NCBI GenBank assembly: GCA_043228905.1
Contig: JBHGNT010000015.1
Span: 18,662,001-18,726,000, forward strand
Length of the DNA stretch: 64,000 bases
Direction of reading: 5' to 3'
From: Azolla caroliniana
Taxonomy: Eukaryota > Plantae > Polypodiophyta
Shown piece by piece: positions 61,210-64,000 of the stretch. Under the pieces are notes generated by a model. It was given only the letters and a program-made list of their open reading frames with translations, was not told where the DNA came from and did not search any database. A program made the position numbers and the translations under genes. How positions within the stretch are numbered: position 1 is the stretch's first letter; each line of letters starts with the position of its first letter.

Positions 61210-62045
61210 CTTGGATTTTTAATTGGAATCCAATGCGATGCACTAGATTTCAGTTGAAAATCCAAGTTTTTTTTTTTTTGTAATTTTTAAAATTTTTTCC
61301 ATTAAAAAATAAAAAATGGATTTTCAGCTAAAATACTATGCACTACATTATATTTTAGTATATATAGCTAGAATCTAATGCAATGCGTTGGATTAGAGTC
61401 GAAAATCCATTTTTCTTTTTTCTTTTTCCAATGTTATTTATTTATTTATTTTCCATATAAAAAAATAATAAACGGCTTTTCAACTGAAATCCGATACACT
61501 ACATCAGATCGTACTCTATACAGCTAGACATTGATGCATTGCATCAAATTTTAGCTGGCAATCCTCTTTCTTTTCAATTGTTTTTCATTTTTTCAAAAAA
61601 TAAATAAAAATATATTAAAAAAGTGGATTTCCAACTGAAATCTATGCACTACATCGAATTTCAATTAAAAATCCAAATTTCTTTTAGGTTTTTCATTTAA
61701 CAATGAGATAATAAAAAATATTACATTTTTAACAAAATCTGAACCATTGAGTCGGATTTCAATTGCAAATTAATGTTTTATGAAAAAACATAAGAAAAAT
61801 ATTGGACTTTCAACGGAAATCCGATGCACTGCATTGGATTTCCATTGAAAATCCAGTTGAAAATGATGTGTTTTCAACGGGAATCCGATGCAGTGCATCG
61901 GATTCCCGTTGAAAACACATCATTTTAAATGGAGAAAATCACAATTTGTTTATTTTTAACACTTTTTTAGAGAAAAATATAAACAAATAAGAAAATTTGT
62001 AAACAAACAAGAAAAAGTGGACTTTCAATGGAAATCCGATGCAAT
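61210..62045. repeat. Array of ~50-bp palindromic units separated by AT-rich spacers
   Basis: About 8-10 units of TGGATTTTCAACTGAAATCCGATGCANTGCATCGGATTTCAGTTGAAAATCCA, including a perfect 33-bp inverted repeat at 61860-61926. Confidence 0.85.
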
Positions 62046-62191
62046 GAATATGTTTCTAAGAGTCCATCTGGGCTATATTTGTAAATAGTTGAAAAGTCAT
62101 TTTAGTATAAATATGACTTAGGGCAAACTGTTGCATGTGTGAGAGTTGTTGTCATTTCTTGTTGGTGCAAGATTAGAGCGCAACAGTGTAC

Positions 62192-62222
<31 letters not shown>

Positions 62223-62473
62223 CGAAGAGGTCGTTGCCTCTGTTGTAACCGCCGCCTATGGCGAAGACAATGAACAAGAGGTCGTTGCCTCTATGTTCAT
62301 CTTTTGTATATTCTTACATAGTGATAGTTAGCAGTCAGTGGACTGCCGTGGTTTTTCCCATGTTTGGGTTTTGCACGTAAACATCCTGTGTACTCTTCTC
62401 TCACCTTTGTGTTGTGCATTCATTCCCCGTTTTCTATGTTTGATTCTAAGCTCGGTTGTGGCCGAGCATTGTT
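62045..62473 (+). repeat. LTR fragment (TATA/R/U5) related to Copia-4, opposite orientation
   Basis: Matches the reverse complement of 51788-52205 (GGCTATATTTGTAAATAG, ATAAATATGACTTAGGGCAAAC, CTCGGTTGTGGCCGAGCA). Confidence 0.85.
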
Positions 62474-62669
62474 CATAGGGAGCGTGTAGTTCCTATCATG
62501 GCACGCAAGGGGCGGAAACCGGAGTGCGATCGGAGAGATCCGGAGCGCATCCGGAGGACATACGAGGCGGACCAAGAGGGTGTACCTCGGGGCGAAGCGG
62601 CAACATCGGAGGTTGCGGAGGACATCGAAGACGAGAGCACCCACACGGATGTCGGGGAAGCAACGTACC

Positions 62670-64000
62670 TTTTCGAATCCTTCCGGTTGCTGCATGTAGA
62701 TCTCCTCTTCGAGGTCACCGTGAAGGAATGTCGTCTTCACGTCCAGCTGCTCTACCTCGAGGTCCATGCTTGCCGCTATACTCAACACTGTCCGGATGGA
62801 GGTCATCTTTACTACCAGGGCAAATATCTCATCGAAGTCCACGCCCTTCTTCTGCCTTCACCACGATCCTGGCTTTGTATCTCGGGGGGTTGCCGGCATC
62901 TCCCGGTTTCAACTTGTACACCCACTTATTTCGGATTTCCCGCTTTCCTTCTGGCAACTCCACCAATTCGTACGTATGGTTCTCATGCAGGGAATCCATC
63001 TCATCCTGCATGGTACTTAACCATTTTCGGTTGTGGGTGTCATCCGTCGCTTCTTTGAAGCTTTCTAGCTCCCCCTCATCGGTTAGCAGCACATGCTCTG
63101 CATCCGGAAATCTCTGGGGGGCCCTTCTCTCTCTGAGAGGATATCTACGTCTCTGGGCTTCGGTAACCGGCTCCTCCATTTGATCTTCATCCGAATCTGA
63201 TTCCGGTCTTGGCCGGTTCAGGTTTCAGCTTCCTCTACTTCTTCTTCTACCGGTTCGGTATCCTCACCGTAACCGGCTGGTTCCTCGAGTGCTAACCGGT
63301 CTCTTGCCGGTTGGGTCTGCTCATCATAGAATCGATCCTTACCGGTCGACTCGGAGTTCATTATCTTCTTCTCCGACTCCCAGTCGACGAGCTTCTTGTC
63401 CTCCATGAAGATAATATCTCGACTCCGGAATACCTTCTTGTCGACCAGGTCCCACACTCGGTAGCCGAACTCATCGTCGTTGTAACCGAGGAATATGCAT
63501 GGCCGGGTCTTTGGATCTAACTTTCCTCTCCGGTCCTTAGCAACATGCACGTACACGAGACACCTGAACACCTTTAGATGCCGATAGGACACTTCCTTAC
63601 CGGTCCATACTCTCTGCGGCGTGTCTCCGTCCAAGGGTACTGAGGGTGATCTATTCATCACATATGTCGCCATCGACAGTGCCTCAGCCCACAACTTCTT
63701 GGGTAGTTTTGCATGCGCCAATTCATCCTCTCTATTATGGTCCGGTTCATCCTCTCGGCCAGCCCGTTTAGTTCCGGCGTCTTCGGCACGGTAAATTCGA
63801 GCTGGATTCCCTTCGAGCGACAATACTCCTCGAACTGCCCCCGGTATTCACCTCCGTTATCTGCTCGAACCGCCTTCAGCTTCCAGCCAGTTTCTCTTTC
63901 CACTCTCACGTGGAGCTCTTTGAAGACGGATAACACTTGATCCTTCGTCTTCAACGGTGTGGCCCACAACTTCCGGTTGTAGTCATCTATGAACGTCACG
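62670..64000 (-). pseudogene. Copia-4-family integrase/RT fragment (Copia-5), frameshifted, runs off the window
   Basis: RADNGGEYRGQF, GKLDPKTRPCIFLGY, RYKARIVVK, LHGDLEEEIYMQQPEGF. Close to Copia-4 but with deletions. Confidence 0.9.

Noticed and set aside
61210-62045. CRISPR array
   Set aside because: Eukaryotic context, no cas genes, degenerate units and low-complexity spacers of variable length.

Overview
Land-plant nuclear DNA. A fern or other non-seed plant is my inference, from the PLS-PPR style and the Tcn1-like chromoviruses. There are three host genes: an intronless PLS/E-class PPR gene (5545-9090, -), a 6-exon DUF248/PMT-family Golgi methyltransferase (29275-34381, +) and a 7-exon coatomer epsilon gene (38335-41961, -). 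The rest is mostly transposons, including two nested stacks. Stack 1 is an RTE-like LINE containing a Copia, which contains a chromovirus and a solo LTR (12-24 kb). Stack 2 is a Copia containing a chromovirus, which contains a very young, ORF-intact Copia (45.7-60 kb). The most interesting signal is in the three distinct Gypsy/chromovirus LTR families. (i) Each LTR begins with an outward-facing tRNA-like sequence with Pol III A/B boxes at tRNA spacing. (ii) Both full elements lack a tRNA PBS and instead have a 12-nt site perfectly complementary to their own predicted transcript 5' end, with covariation between families (Tf1-type self-priming). (iii) Both keep a -1 frameshift heptamer plus stem/pseudoknot between gag and pol. 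(iv) Two independent insertions hit the same codon register of the Copia integrase LVHxD motif. All alignments were done by eye and no database searches were run.
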